This document shows positions 10,792 to 22,730 of a stretch of DNA of 64,000 nt, piece after piece. The number at the start of each line of letters is the position of its first letter. The first letter of the stretch is position 1. This DNA comes from Azolla caroliniana. Lineage: Eukaryota; Plantae; Polypodiophyta. The stretch lies in the NCBI GenBank assembly GCA_043228905.1, contig JBHGNT010000021.1, positions 12,214,001 to 12,278,000 on the forward strand. Reading direction: 5' to 3'. The notes under the pieces were generated by a model, which saw nothing but the letters and a program-made list of their open reading frames with translations, ran no database searches and was not told where the DNA came from. Position numbers and translations under genes: made by a program.

Positions 10792-13700
10792 TACTCCCCC
10801 TCTTTAAAACATTGCACTCTTGCAATGGAAAGTTAGGGAAGTTAGTTCTGAGAGTATTTTCGCGTTCCCATGTGGCATTTTTTATTGATTATCCATCCAT
10901 TTTATTTTAAATTCTCGGATTTCTTTAGTACGTAATTTTTTTGTTTTAACATTGAGAATTCTTTTTGGTACATGTGGTTTAGAAGATAATTCTTCAAATG
11001 TAACTAGAGTTTCAGTTGTAACTGTATTGTTGCCAGAACCTAGAAGTTCTTTTAGACGACTCGCATGAAAAACTGGATGAATTTCAACACCATCGGGAAG
11101 AGCGAGACGATAGGCTGATGACCCAATGCATTTGAGGACTGTAAAAGGTCCACAAAACCATGGGGCTAACTTAGCGCACTTACCCTTAGGCAATGTCTTA
11201 GAATCGTGAGGTATACGTAAAAATACCTTCTATCCAGGGTTGAATACACGAGGTTGCCTATGATGATCGGCATAAAAACGCACTCTATCTTGAGTTGCTT
11301 TTATATTATCTCGTGCAATATGCAACATATCTTGCATATCCTGAAGAAAGTTTTGCATACTTCGCAACTCATCATGATGTATATTAACATCAATCGGGGC
11401 TCGTGGCTGAAAACCATACATCAACATAAAAGGACTATATCCCGTCAATGTATGCTTGGAGTTGTTATAAGCAAACTCCAAAATTGGGAGATAACGTTCC
11501 CATTTTGGTTGTTTTGTACCAACGTATGCTCGAAGCATGTCCTCAGTAATTTGATTTACTCGTTCTGTCTGTTCATCGAATTGAGGATGATCCATGGAGC
11601 TCATGGTCAAGGTAGTTTCTAACTTCTTAAGGACTTGCGTCCAGAAGTCACTAGTAAACTTTGGATCTCGATCACTCACGATATCCATCGGTAACCCATA
11701 AAAATGAAATAACTTGTCAACGAATTGGTAAGCCAATTCAGGAGTTGTTTCCGTGGTTTTCATAGCAATAAATCTGACCGTTTGAGTTAGTCTATCAACC
11801 ACAACCCAAATGATATCATGGCCTTTTTGGGTGCGAGGAAGGCTAACAATAAAATCCATGGATATACTTTCCCGGTTATTATTGGGAATGTCCAAGGGAT
11901 GTAAAAGTCTTGCAGCTTTAAGTCGCTCGGCTTTGTTAACCTAACATTGGTGACATTTAGTCACATAGCTATGTATGTCAGGGTGCATCTTAGGCCAATA
12001 GAATTGAGTGCAGATGAGAACGAGTGTACGATGCATTCAAGGGTGCCCCGTAGATGGTGCATCATGGCATTAAAAAAGAATTCTCTTTTTGACCTCAGGC
12101 ATATCTGGAACACAAACCTTCCCATTACGGTAGAGCAGACTGTTAGCAATGTGGAAGTATTCCTTCGAGGATGTGGTGGTGTTTGTTCTAGACTCAACTC
12201 TTGCCCAGTATTTCACAAAATAATTGTCATCGGGATACTTTCCTCGAAGGTGATCATAAAGATCTGATGTTATTTCAGTGAAGCTAAGCATGTTAACTTC
12301 ACGGATGCGACTTAGTGCATGAGCGACAGTGTTCATGGAACCTTTACGATATCATATGGAAAAATCAAAGTCCTGGATGAGATCAGCCCATCGTGCCTTA
12401 CGACCTTTCAGGTCTTGTTGTTCATAAAAATATTTCAAGGACTCGTGATCCGTAGCTACCACAAAGCGATTTCCATAAAGATAATGGCTCCATGTTTTGA
12501 GCGCATGTATAACTGCAAATAACTCCTTTTCTTGAACGGTATACCGACATTGAGCAGAATCAAGTTTCTTACTCTCGAATGCTATTGGTTTACCATCTTG
12601 ATATAAGACAACACCTATAGCATAATCGCTTGCATCAGTTTCAACCTCAAAAGGTTTTGAAGGATCAGGTAAAAGAAGTGAAGGAGCCTTGCACACCAGG
12701 TCCTTGAGTTCCTTAAAGGCGAGGTCTAGTGTAGCAATCCAGACAATAGGTTTTGTAGACTTATGCGTTTGACCTTTTAGAAGATCAGTAAACGGCGTCG
12801 TCAATTGGGAGTAATTACAAAGGGATTTTCGCAAAAACCCGACAAAACCAAGGAATGATCGAACTTCACAAATATTCCGAAGAGTGGGCCAAAGCTTGAT
12901 TTTCTCGATGCAAGAAGGATCAATTTCAACTCCTCGTTTGGTTATAAGATGTCCAAGATAAGTAATTGATTACTTGAGGAAATCACATTTTGAGATCTTC
13001 GCATAAAACTGTTTGTCACACAATGTTTTTAAAACAAAACAAACATGCTTAGCATGTTCTTGTAATGTACGGCTATAAACTAAAATATCAACCAAGAAAA
13101 TAACGACAAATTTTCCAAGTTGTTCTCGGAAAATGTCATTCATTTCTTGTTGAAATGTAGCTGGAGCATTGGTCAAACCAAAACTCATAATGGCCATAGC
13201 ACGTATGAAATGTCGTTTTAGGAACATCGTCCTCACTTACATGAATTTGTTGGTAGCCAATACGGAGATCAAGTTTCGTAAAATACCGAGCTCCTTAGAG
13301 ACGGTCAATTAGATCGTCAGCCCGGGGCAATGGATATGAATTCTTGATCGTCACTTTATTCAAGCGTACGTAATTAATACACATACGCCATGTGTCCTCT
13401 TTCTTTTTAACCAAGAGAACTAGTGCACCCCATGGAGATTTACTATAACGTATATAACCCATTCGTAAATAGTCCTTGAGTTGCTTAGATACCTCATCCT
13501 CTTCGGATCGACTTAAGCGATAAGGAGGTATACTTATTGGTGCAACGTCAGGTACAATATCTATACGATGGTCTATATTACATTTAGGAGGTAACCCATC
13601 TGGTAGTTCACTCGGAAAAACATCACGAAATTTATTTAAGATTTCATCAAGTTGTTGTTGTTCAAAATATGTTAATTGAACCGAGACATTATCGATATTG

Positions 13701-15150
13701 TAAACGTGAATGTCCGGATCAAGTACACAATAAAATAGAGTAGAACAAGACAACTTGGATATTGATGGAGAGGAAACAAACGAGAGGGATTGTTTTTTTC
13801 ACATTAAATAAAATGAGTACAATCGTTCAGTACAAAAGTTATTGAATGATGAACCCAATCAATAGATAAAGAAGAGTTTTTATCATAGAACCAAAGATAA
13901 CCCAATATTACATCAGTGGTACAAAGATCCATTACATGGAAGTTTACTTCCTCTATATAAGTATCAATAGAAATTCCTAATGAATGAATCACCCCATTGA
14001 TATATTGTACTCTTCCATCAGCCAAGTGCACCGTATAGGTGTGATCACTTACGGTAGGTTGGATTCCCCATATCTGAACCAAACGATCATTCACAAAGTT
14101 GTGTGAGCTTCCCGAATCAAACAAAAATTGTACAGGAGATCCATTGATATACCCATTTGCACATAGTAAATCATTGGGACCCAATACATAGTGAGGGAAA
14201 GAACATTAACAATTACTTAAATGATGTGTATAGACCTGAAGGACATTAGGAATGTGACCTTTATGGTTTGCAGCTTTAGCTTTGCTATCGTGCTCTTTTT
14301 GTTGGAGCTTTCGACATTTCTCTTTTGTATGACCCTTCTTTTTGCAGAATACGCAAAAAGGATGTTGTCGCTTACAATCGCGATCCATGAATTCGTTGGG
14401 TGTCTTGCGTTTCCCAGCGAATTGCGATTGCTTAGTCCCGAGTGCTTCGTCGGGTTTGTTGTGGTCCTTCTTAGAAGTGCGTTGATAGCGAAGAACTATT
14501 TCAACGGCCTCTTCGAAGGATTTTGGATCCTTATCGTGCACTATCTCGTGATAGTCCGAATTGGGGATGCCATTGACAAAACAAGCTATTAATCAGTTGT
14601 CCCCTTCTAGACCCAATTTTTGGATTTGGGTTCTAGCATGGTGAACATAGTCTTCTAGCGAGGAAAACTTCCTGCTAGAGAGGTTCATTAAAGCTTGTGC
14701 TGCCTCAGTTCGAGAGGGAGGTTGCAGAAATTGGCCCTTAAAAACTGTGACAAAATCTCTCTAGGTATCAGGCAATTTCCCCAAAGTTCGGAGCCCATGC
14801 CACTAGGCAGCGGCCTTACCCCTAGTTCTCGGCCAACATATGCAATCTTCATACTATCTGGTGTGGGATAGAGCTCAAAATGAGACTCCCATCGGCCCAA
14901 CCATGTGCAGATTGCTTCTTCGGTTCTTTCCTTTTTTTCTCCCGTAAATGGCTTAACGACAAACGATGGTTCATCCTGTCGCTCATCAGGTCTATTAGTC
15001 TCACATTGTAAACTAATGACAATCGCCTCGAGAGCACTTTGAGATTGCCGAAGTTTGGTCATCTGTTGAGCGGTGAAACTAAGGTATTGGCTTATTTGTG
15101 AAAAAAATCGAAACAAGTTGTGTTCGAATTGCCCAAATTTAGTGGCCTGA
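10792..15150 (-). mobile_element. Degenerate Ty3/gypsy chromovirus internal region (gag-PR-RT-RH-IN-chromodomain)
   Basis: Zn knuckle CVFCKKKGHTKEKC; protease LFDSGS; [11 protein letters not shown] and [11 protein letters not shown]; RNase H ETDASDYAIG; integrase SMDFI...DRDPKF; GPF motif; C-terminal chromodomain-like segment. Many frameshifts; 5' end truncated. Confidence 0.9.
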
Positions 15151-15159
15151 AGGCCCAAA

Positions 15160-17693
15160 TTTGTGTCGAAGGAGAAATGGAGGAAGTTGGACACGAAAGC
15201 CGAGAAGTGTATCTTGGTTGGCTATTCGGACAAACAAAAGGGTTATAAGTGTTATAACCCCAGAACCAAACAAGCTCACGTGAGCCGCCATGTTGTGTTT
15301 GACGAGTTCACGTCCTGGTCCTTGCCTCCGACTCCGGACCTCAACTCCAACTCTAGACCTTCAGACCCGAGTTCTAACGATGAGGTCAGAGACCCTCAAT
15401 GAGAGTCTGATTTCATTTCGGCTAAGTGGACCAAACGAGCGACTGGATCGGTTTGACCAATCCGAAGAAGAGCCACCGAGTAGTGGAGACTTGGTTGTGC
15501 ATTCCCCGCGCAAGAAGTCCGCGTCAGCCAAGAAAGCCTCAACATCGGCTAATGAGCAATTACGCCGATCTACCCGCCAGAAGCACCCTATTGTGCGGTT
15601 CGGTTATAATGAGTACATGGCGCGTCACTATGCGTACATGACGTGTGTAGCGGAAGTGCGTGAGCTGGAGAGCTACGCAGAAGTAGTGAAGGACGCAAAT
15701 TGGCATGCCACAATGGAGGAAGAGATGTGCGCATTGGCGGAGAATGAAACCTGGGACCTAGTTAACACACCGAAGGGTGTGAAGCCGATTGGATGTAGGT
15801 GGTTGTACAAGGTCAAGTACAACACCGATGGCTTGGTCAACCGATACAAGGCCCGATTAGTAGCAAAAGGCTACGCGCGGAAGCACGGCATGGACTACGA
15901 TGAGACCTATGTGTCTATCGCGAAGATGACTACCGTGTGTGTCCTGCTAGTCGTAGCAGCGGCGAAGGGGTGGCATTTACATCAAATGGATGTAAAGAAT
16001 GCATTCCTGTAAGGGGCGCTTGAGGAACAGGTGTACATGGTACAACCCCCCGGATTTCACTCCGAAATGAACACTTCAACAATATGCCGGTTGAAGAAGA
16101 CCCTTTACGGACTAAACAAGCCTCGCGTGCTTGGAACGCAAAAATCACGCAGAGATTGCGTCGGATGGGATTTGCGACGTCCAAATTAGACTCTTCACTG
16201 TTCATTCGGCAAGGTTGACTCAGGTCGGTTAGTATTTTACTTTATGTTGATGACTTGGTCATCACTGGCGCCAACCTAGGTGAAATTGACCGCGTAAAGC
16301 TCAGGCTCACGGCATCATTTGACATGAAGGACCTAGGGGACCTTCATTACTTCCTCGGGATCGAAGTGATCCTTACCCCCGAAGGCATACTGATCAGCCA
16401 ATGGCATTACGTGTTGTGTATGCTCTTCAAGTTCGGGATGGCAGATTGTAAGTCCGTCTCAACTCCTCTGGATAGAACCGTCAGATTCGCCCCGACTCCG
16501 GAAAGGTTTGCGACCCGAAGAGGTTCTGATAGATTGTCGAAAGCCTCATATACTTGACTATCACTCGACCAAACGTCATATACCAGGTCGGCGTGATTAG
16601 TCAGTTCATGGCACGGCCAACCAAGGAGCACCTTCAGTGCGCACAACACATACTCCAGTACGTCAGTGGCACTAAGGACCGGGGGCTACTATATCGGACT
16701 GGTAATTGGGCCAGAAACGCCAGCGATCGTCGATCCACATCCGGATTCACGTTCTCTCTTTTGAGCGTCGTGATCACGTGGAGTAGCAAGAAGCAGTCGA
16801 TAGTTGCATTGTCGAGCATTGAAGCCGAGTATAGAGGAGCAGTTGTCGCAACATGCAAAGCCATCTGGCTGAAACGGCTACTTAAGGATCTACAGGTGGA
16901 GGTGTCTGATCCAACGACAATCTACTGCGACAACCTCAACAACATCTAGTTAGTGAAGAACCCAGTCTTCCACGCCCAGTCTAAGCACATTGAGGTGCAC
17001 TACCACTTTGTCCGCGAGCATGTCCTCTCTGGTGAACTCGAACTTCAATATGTTCCGACGGATCGATAGACCGCTGACATTTTCACCAAGCCCCTTGGTC
17101 TCAACAAGTTTCGGAAATTCTCAGGTGCTCTTAGGTTGCGACACCTCAATGTGTCGAACTTGAGGGGGAGAGAAGTTCCGGATGACCACGGAAGGGAGCA
17201 AGAAAGGAGCGGAAGAGAACGTGACGCCAAGTCGGATGACGATTTCGATTTCGGGTCGGTTAAAGAAGCCGAGGGCAGATCCGCAAAAGAGTCTGAAAGC
17301 GGACATGAGGGCAGCAGCCGAAAGAAAGAGCCGAAGTGAGCCAAGCATGGGGGAGATGAAGCCAACAAAGGGGAGAAGACTAAAGACGAGTTGGAGACAG
17401 CCAACGCGGACGAGAGCGAAAACCAATCGGAGGAAGCTAATTCGGTTCAGATGTTTGATTCGGAGACGCCGAATCAACTGAAGACCAAGCAGAAGAAAGG
17501 GAACCCGAAGCGGCGCCAACACCGCGACAGCAAGGGAGCTAAGAAGGGCCGCACGAGCACACAAGCCTACCGGAAGGGTCGAGGCGAGCAGAATCGAACA
17601 GGTCGAGGAGCGCGAGCAAGGTGTGAAGCTAGAAGAAACCAGAGCGGTGATCTAGAAGAACCAGAAGAGCCTCAAGCTGAGCATGAGGGGGAG
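15160..17693 (+). mobile_element. 5'-truncated Ty1/copia element (IN tail, RT, RNase H, 3' extension), degenerate
   Basis: [68 protein letters not shown] directly before TGTTGAG at 17694. Confidence 0.9.
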
Positions 17694-18010
17694 TGTTGAG
17701 ATACAAGCTCAACATTGGCTGGATCGACTGTGCAAGCCGAGAACCAGATCGGTTGGGACCGATCCGTTAGGCCGGACCGGTGCGTAAACATGGTGAGTAA
17801 ACTGGGTGTGTAAACCGATGCACAAACAGGTGCACAACGAGAAGCCGTAGCGGTGCGTAAACCGCGAGGCCGTTGGAAAGATATTCGGCGTAGGAATATA
17901 TTTTGGGAGTTAGTGTAGAGCTCATTTATGAGCATTGAAGTACGTGTCAATACTTCTGTCAGTGTGTATGGACTTGTATAAAAGTGCTCACTGAGCACAT
18001 CCTATGTATA
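17694..18010 (+). repeat. Copia 3' LTR, truncated
   Basis: Starts TGTTGAGATACAAGCTCAACA; homologous to the minus-strand LTR at 61111-61481. Confidence 0.75.
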
Positions 18011-20120
18011 GACTGAGTATTAATTTTTAAATAGAGTTTTGTGTGTGTGTGTGCAAGCGTCGGAGCCTATCACTCGCCGGCTTGCCGGTTGTAACCCCTT
18101 GATTTATATATACACATACATTCGTCCTGTCGCCATTGTTCAGAGTTAGAGGCAACTCCTGTGAATCTGTGTGTTTGTGCGCGTGCAGAGTACATTGGTA
18201 GTTTCCTTCCCCTCCTCTCATTTGATTATTTCTCAGTCCAAGACCCCCGTGGTTCCGCCTCGTTCTCCACGCACGCGCGTAACAACGCGACATATTTGGT
18301 GAACCCGACGTGAACATGCAGCAGAGGGATAGAAAGATGAGAGGGTCGGATCTTGCAGAAGCCATGGCTTCGGCTGTGGATCGGATAGTGATTGCATGCG
18401 AAGGCAAAGGCGCCCTCAATAGGGCTATTGAAGCAGTCGTCGGCACGATAGGCCGGTTCGGTGGGAAGGACGCCATGAGCTATCTGGAGGCTTACCGAGC
18501 CGAATGGTGATGAGGGACATCCCGGAGGACAGGCGATTGGTCGGATTCCCTCGGGTGGCGATGTCGGGCATCCACGCGGAGGTGCTTGAGGTACGGGCTG
18601 AGAGTCGGACCTGGGAAGAGTTTGAAGGTTGGCTCCTTGAAAAATACGGGCTTGATGACGCGCTTCGGCTATCGAAGCAGGACTTCATGGAATGGGTGGA
18701 GACCCCCGAAAAGGGGAGAAACGCGTCGGTGCTCCATCGGGAGTTTGAAGAACGCTTCGCACGTCATTTAGCGTTGGACCGGACCGTACTGGACACAAGT
18801 TGTGTCCTATTGTCCGTTAGATTGGTGGACATAAGGGATCGGGAGCAAGTGGGCTTCCTGTTGGAGACCGATGACGGCCTAACAATCGACTGGGCAGTGG
18901 TAAAGAGAGTCTGCGACTGTTTTGATAAACGGTGTGAGTGGGTCGATAAAGGCTTGACGGGGGTAGGTTTTGTTGCGACAAGGAAGGTAAGAGACCCGAG
19001 ACTGGCTCGAGACCAGCTCAACTTCGACCACCATGGTCAAAGGCTCGTCCGGAGGAGCGGCTCTAGAGGAGCTGACTCAAATGGTGAGGAACCTCCAGAT
19101 TGCACAAGCACGAAGGGACGGCGGCAAACAAGTCTGTGACCGAAGGCCTCCGGCTGGGAATCGGTGCTTGTAGTGCGACGCGGTCGGCCATGCCCAAAAG
19201 GACTGCGGGGACTTCACCGAAGCGATAAGAGCTAACGTGGTGTACCTATGGAACAGTCGAGTGCACGCTAGCGAGACTCGAAGGGCCCTGGATCTGAATG
19301 TCAGACGAGGTGGTATGAAACGGCTGATGGAAGAAGCGGCGGCTCGCCACGCGGAGACCGTCCACTACTCGGCGTCGGCTGGAATCCAGGTCGGAAGTGA
19401 TGAAGTCCGGAAGACGAGGGAAGCCGGATTCTGGTCGTTGATACTGGAAGGCCTCACCGGCGTACGGCTGAGGAAAGAGGAATCGGACCACGCAGAAAGA
19501 CGGGTCCGGGAGGCAACCGGGTCGAGACGGGCTTCGTTGAAGCCGCTTGCCAAAACTACGAGGTTCTGGTGGAGGACAAGCGTGCGGGTAAGACCAGAGG
19601 GGCCGGACCCTCACAATGGTATGAGACCCGGTTCGGACAAAAGCAGAATGATGCTGGTGCGACCGGCGCACCGGATAAAGCCAATAGGGTCGGGTACTGA
19701 TTGAGCACGGAGATCAAGAGGACCATGAACCTGCGAAAGGTCCTCGAGGAACGTATCCTCGACAGCAAAGTGGAGCTATCACTAAGGAAAGTGCTCGGAA
19801 TCGCCAAGAAGGAGTTCCACGACTCCATTGTGGACTTGGTGAAGCGAAAAAGGCTTTCGATAGAGCCGGAGCCGGAGAAGCCGGCGGAGGTGCGAACGAC
19901 ACACCTAGAAGACATGGCTCTAGAAGACGAGTTGGCGGAGAGCCACTATTCAAGGCCACATTGGGCCAGAGCAACCACGAAGACCCCCGTTAAGATCGGA
20001 GATGTTCAGGAGCCGGTGGTGGCGTAGGTGGATCACGGCTCAGAAATCAACTTGATGTCCATGGACTTCTACAAGAAGGGGAAGTGGTCGATCAACACCA
20101 AGCACGGGTGGAAAATACGG

Positions 20121-22730
20121 TGTCGTGAAGAATTTCGGCCAGAGGCGGAAACCGGGAAATATTGGCTACATTGGCGGGGTGCAGCATGTGCGCTCACCCT
20201 TGTACATTTGGTGTGAATAACGAGGGTGCCTTTATGGCGCCGAAGAGTAATCAAGTCGGGACAAGAATCCCATGTAATAAGGGATTTATCCCACGATGCT
20301 ACGGATCCCTCTCCTTGTTCTATAAAAGGAAGGGAGCACCCTTGGTGAAGGGGTTGCCCATTTTTGGTAGTAGGGTATACCGTTAGAGGAAGAAACATTC
20401 TCTCTCCCTCTTTCTTTCTCTCTAGTTTTAGGGTTTTCTTCTGGTTCTCCTCCGCTTCTTCTTCGCCGTTCTGTGTGTCGAGCCTTGGCATCTAGTGTTG
20501 TTGTTTTCTTCCCTGTTCTCTATGCAAGACCCCGCTCAGCGCGACAAGCTCGAGAGCTCCCCAACCGGCGGCTTGGCAGTAGACAATAGTTGTATCCTAT
20601 GCTACCTAGGTCCGGCTCGAAGTCGGTGTTGAATCTCGTTGTCTTGTAAATACATATACATTTGGTTGTGCATATTCGTGTCTCTGTTGGTGTATGTGTG
20701 TGTGTCGGTGTTGTGTGCGTGTGTGAGAGTCAATGTTACATGCTTGTTCTCTCTCTCTCTCTCCCTTCGGTTGCTTCCGGTGTGCTTCTGGGATGCCCCG
20801 GAAATGGTGAAGCACGACTTCCTACGCTCCGTCACTCCCTAGTCCAAGACCCCCGTGGTCCCGCCTGGAATCCTACACGCGAACGCGAAACTTCGCGACA
20901 TCTTTGGTGAACCCAACGTGAAAGGCGGCAAGGGAGGATGGAGTCGGAAGATGATGACCTCGCGGAGATGGTGGCCGAACTGGTGTTGGAGTCTACATGA
21001 GTGGTGATGAGGCGAGAAGCAGCGCAACAATCTATTGAGCGAGTGGTCGAAAGAGTCGGCCGTTTCAATGGGGACAAGGTCCTATTTTACTTGGAATCCT
21101 ACAACACGGAAATGGAAGTGTGTGGCGTAGACGAGGCGTTGAGGTTGGAGTTCTTCTGTCGGGTCGTAGCTGTCCGGATGCATGCGGTAGTAAAGGAGCT
21201 CCGTGAAGCTCATAGTTCGTGGGAGGCCTTTGAAGAGGCGCTCGTGAAGGCATACGGAGAGCGGCCGAAAGGCCGGGGAAGGCGTGACTTTGACCAATGG
21301 ATATCGTCGGCAAAGACCCATCGGGGCACGATGAAGGCGTTCAAGGAGTTCGAGCGATGCTTCACTCGGCTCCCAGAGCGGGAACAAAGATCGGTGGGGG
21401 TGGACAAGGTTCTGTTGTTCGTTAGGTCGATCGACCGAGCGGAACGGGAGGCCATCGGAATTGAGCTCGAGGAAGACGACGGAGCGAATGGCCTTACCGA
21501 GGATTGGTTGGAAGTCGAACGAGTGTGCCGGCGGTTGGACGAGGAGCAGTCCGCGAGCGGAAAGGGGAAGATGACGCGCAACGGCGCTTCATCACAGTAG
21601 GAAGTGGGCACGCAACGAGAAGAATCGGGGAACCTTGATGTCGAGACCTTGGTCCGGGAAGCGTACGAGGCTCTGAAGGTGATGGTCAAAGAAGAAGAAA
21701 GATCCGGCATGCAGTCGGATTCCGGAGACCCAAGGCTAGTCGGCCTTCCGAACGAGGCGGACATGGCCCAGGCAGACGCCGAGGGAGGGTACCACGGTAC
21801 CACGGGAGAGGGTGAGGAGCAAGACGCCCTCTCGACATGTGGTGAATTGCAGACCGAGGACAAGGTCGGTAGCGGAGAAGAGCCCTCCACGCGGATTCCG
21901 GAGACTTCGGTGGTCGAGCCCGTGTGCCGACATGAGATCGGAGAGAAGGAAGGCGCCGACGAGGAGTTCTGCCACGATGCTAGCGAAGAGGGATGGGAAA
22001 CGGCCTGTGAGGAGGCCAAGGATGGAGGCGGCACGGAAAGATCGGCATTCCGATTCGGATGGAGCGCGATCCGAAAGTGGATGACTCGACCGAAATCGGC
22101 CCAAGGCGCGAGAGACCAGGGGCAGGCTATAGAGCCCGATCGGTAGGGCTCGGTTCGGTACAATAGTGCTGGCATGGAAGAGGGTGCGAAAAAAATCGCC
22201 CTCTTTTACATGAGGACACAAGCCGGCCAGGTGAAGGCCGCAAATTGGGAAGCTAGCGATCGAGGTTGCGGAGAGAGACCGGCAGGTTTCGGACACCACT
22301 GCCCGAAATTCCGGACATTGGAGAATCAAGTGTAGGCGGCACTAGATCGATCGAAGTCCAGATGCTTCTCACCGAACGTGCTTGGGGAGAGGTACCCCGA
22401 ACAAGCGTCCGCAAATCATTACGGGACGGAAACACCACGTCTTATCCGGAGACTCAGGCAGCCGGCAACGAGCGCCAGCGTGAGACCTGGAGAGATGGGA
22501 GATGGTGGCGAGTACGCGAGAAAGAGGGCAAAGAGTTCAAAAGAAGCATAGGTGAGTGAGGATGAAAGAAACCAATCCTACGGGATCCCCACGCCGATCC
22601 AAAGACTCCGGCAGTTCGGCCAACGTGGCAACATGAGACCTAGAGAGAAGGACGGTGGCGGCGGGAAACGGGAACGGCCAATGCGAACAGACCTGGACGA
22701 TAACAAGGAGGACGTGTTTCCGGATAACTT
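20121..22730 (+). mobile_element. Nested partial gypsy element B: 780-bp LTR (20121-20900), Trp PBS and gag, without a 3' LTR
   Basis: Termini TGTCGTGAAG...CTTCGCGACA; PBS TGGTGAACCCAACGTGAA; gag 21001..21600 is homologous to the gag of element A. Confidence 0.8.

Noticed and set aside
21210-22329. Long minus-strand ORFs (321 and 197 aa)
   Set aside because: Shadow ORFs antisense to GC-rich gag sequence, with no motifs.
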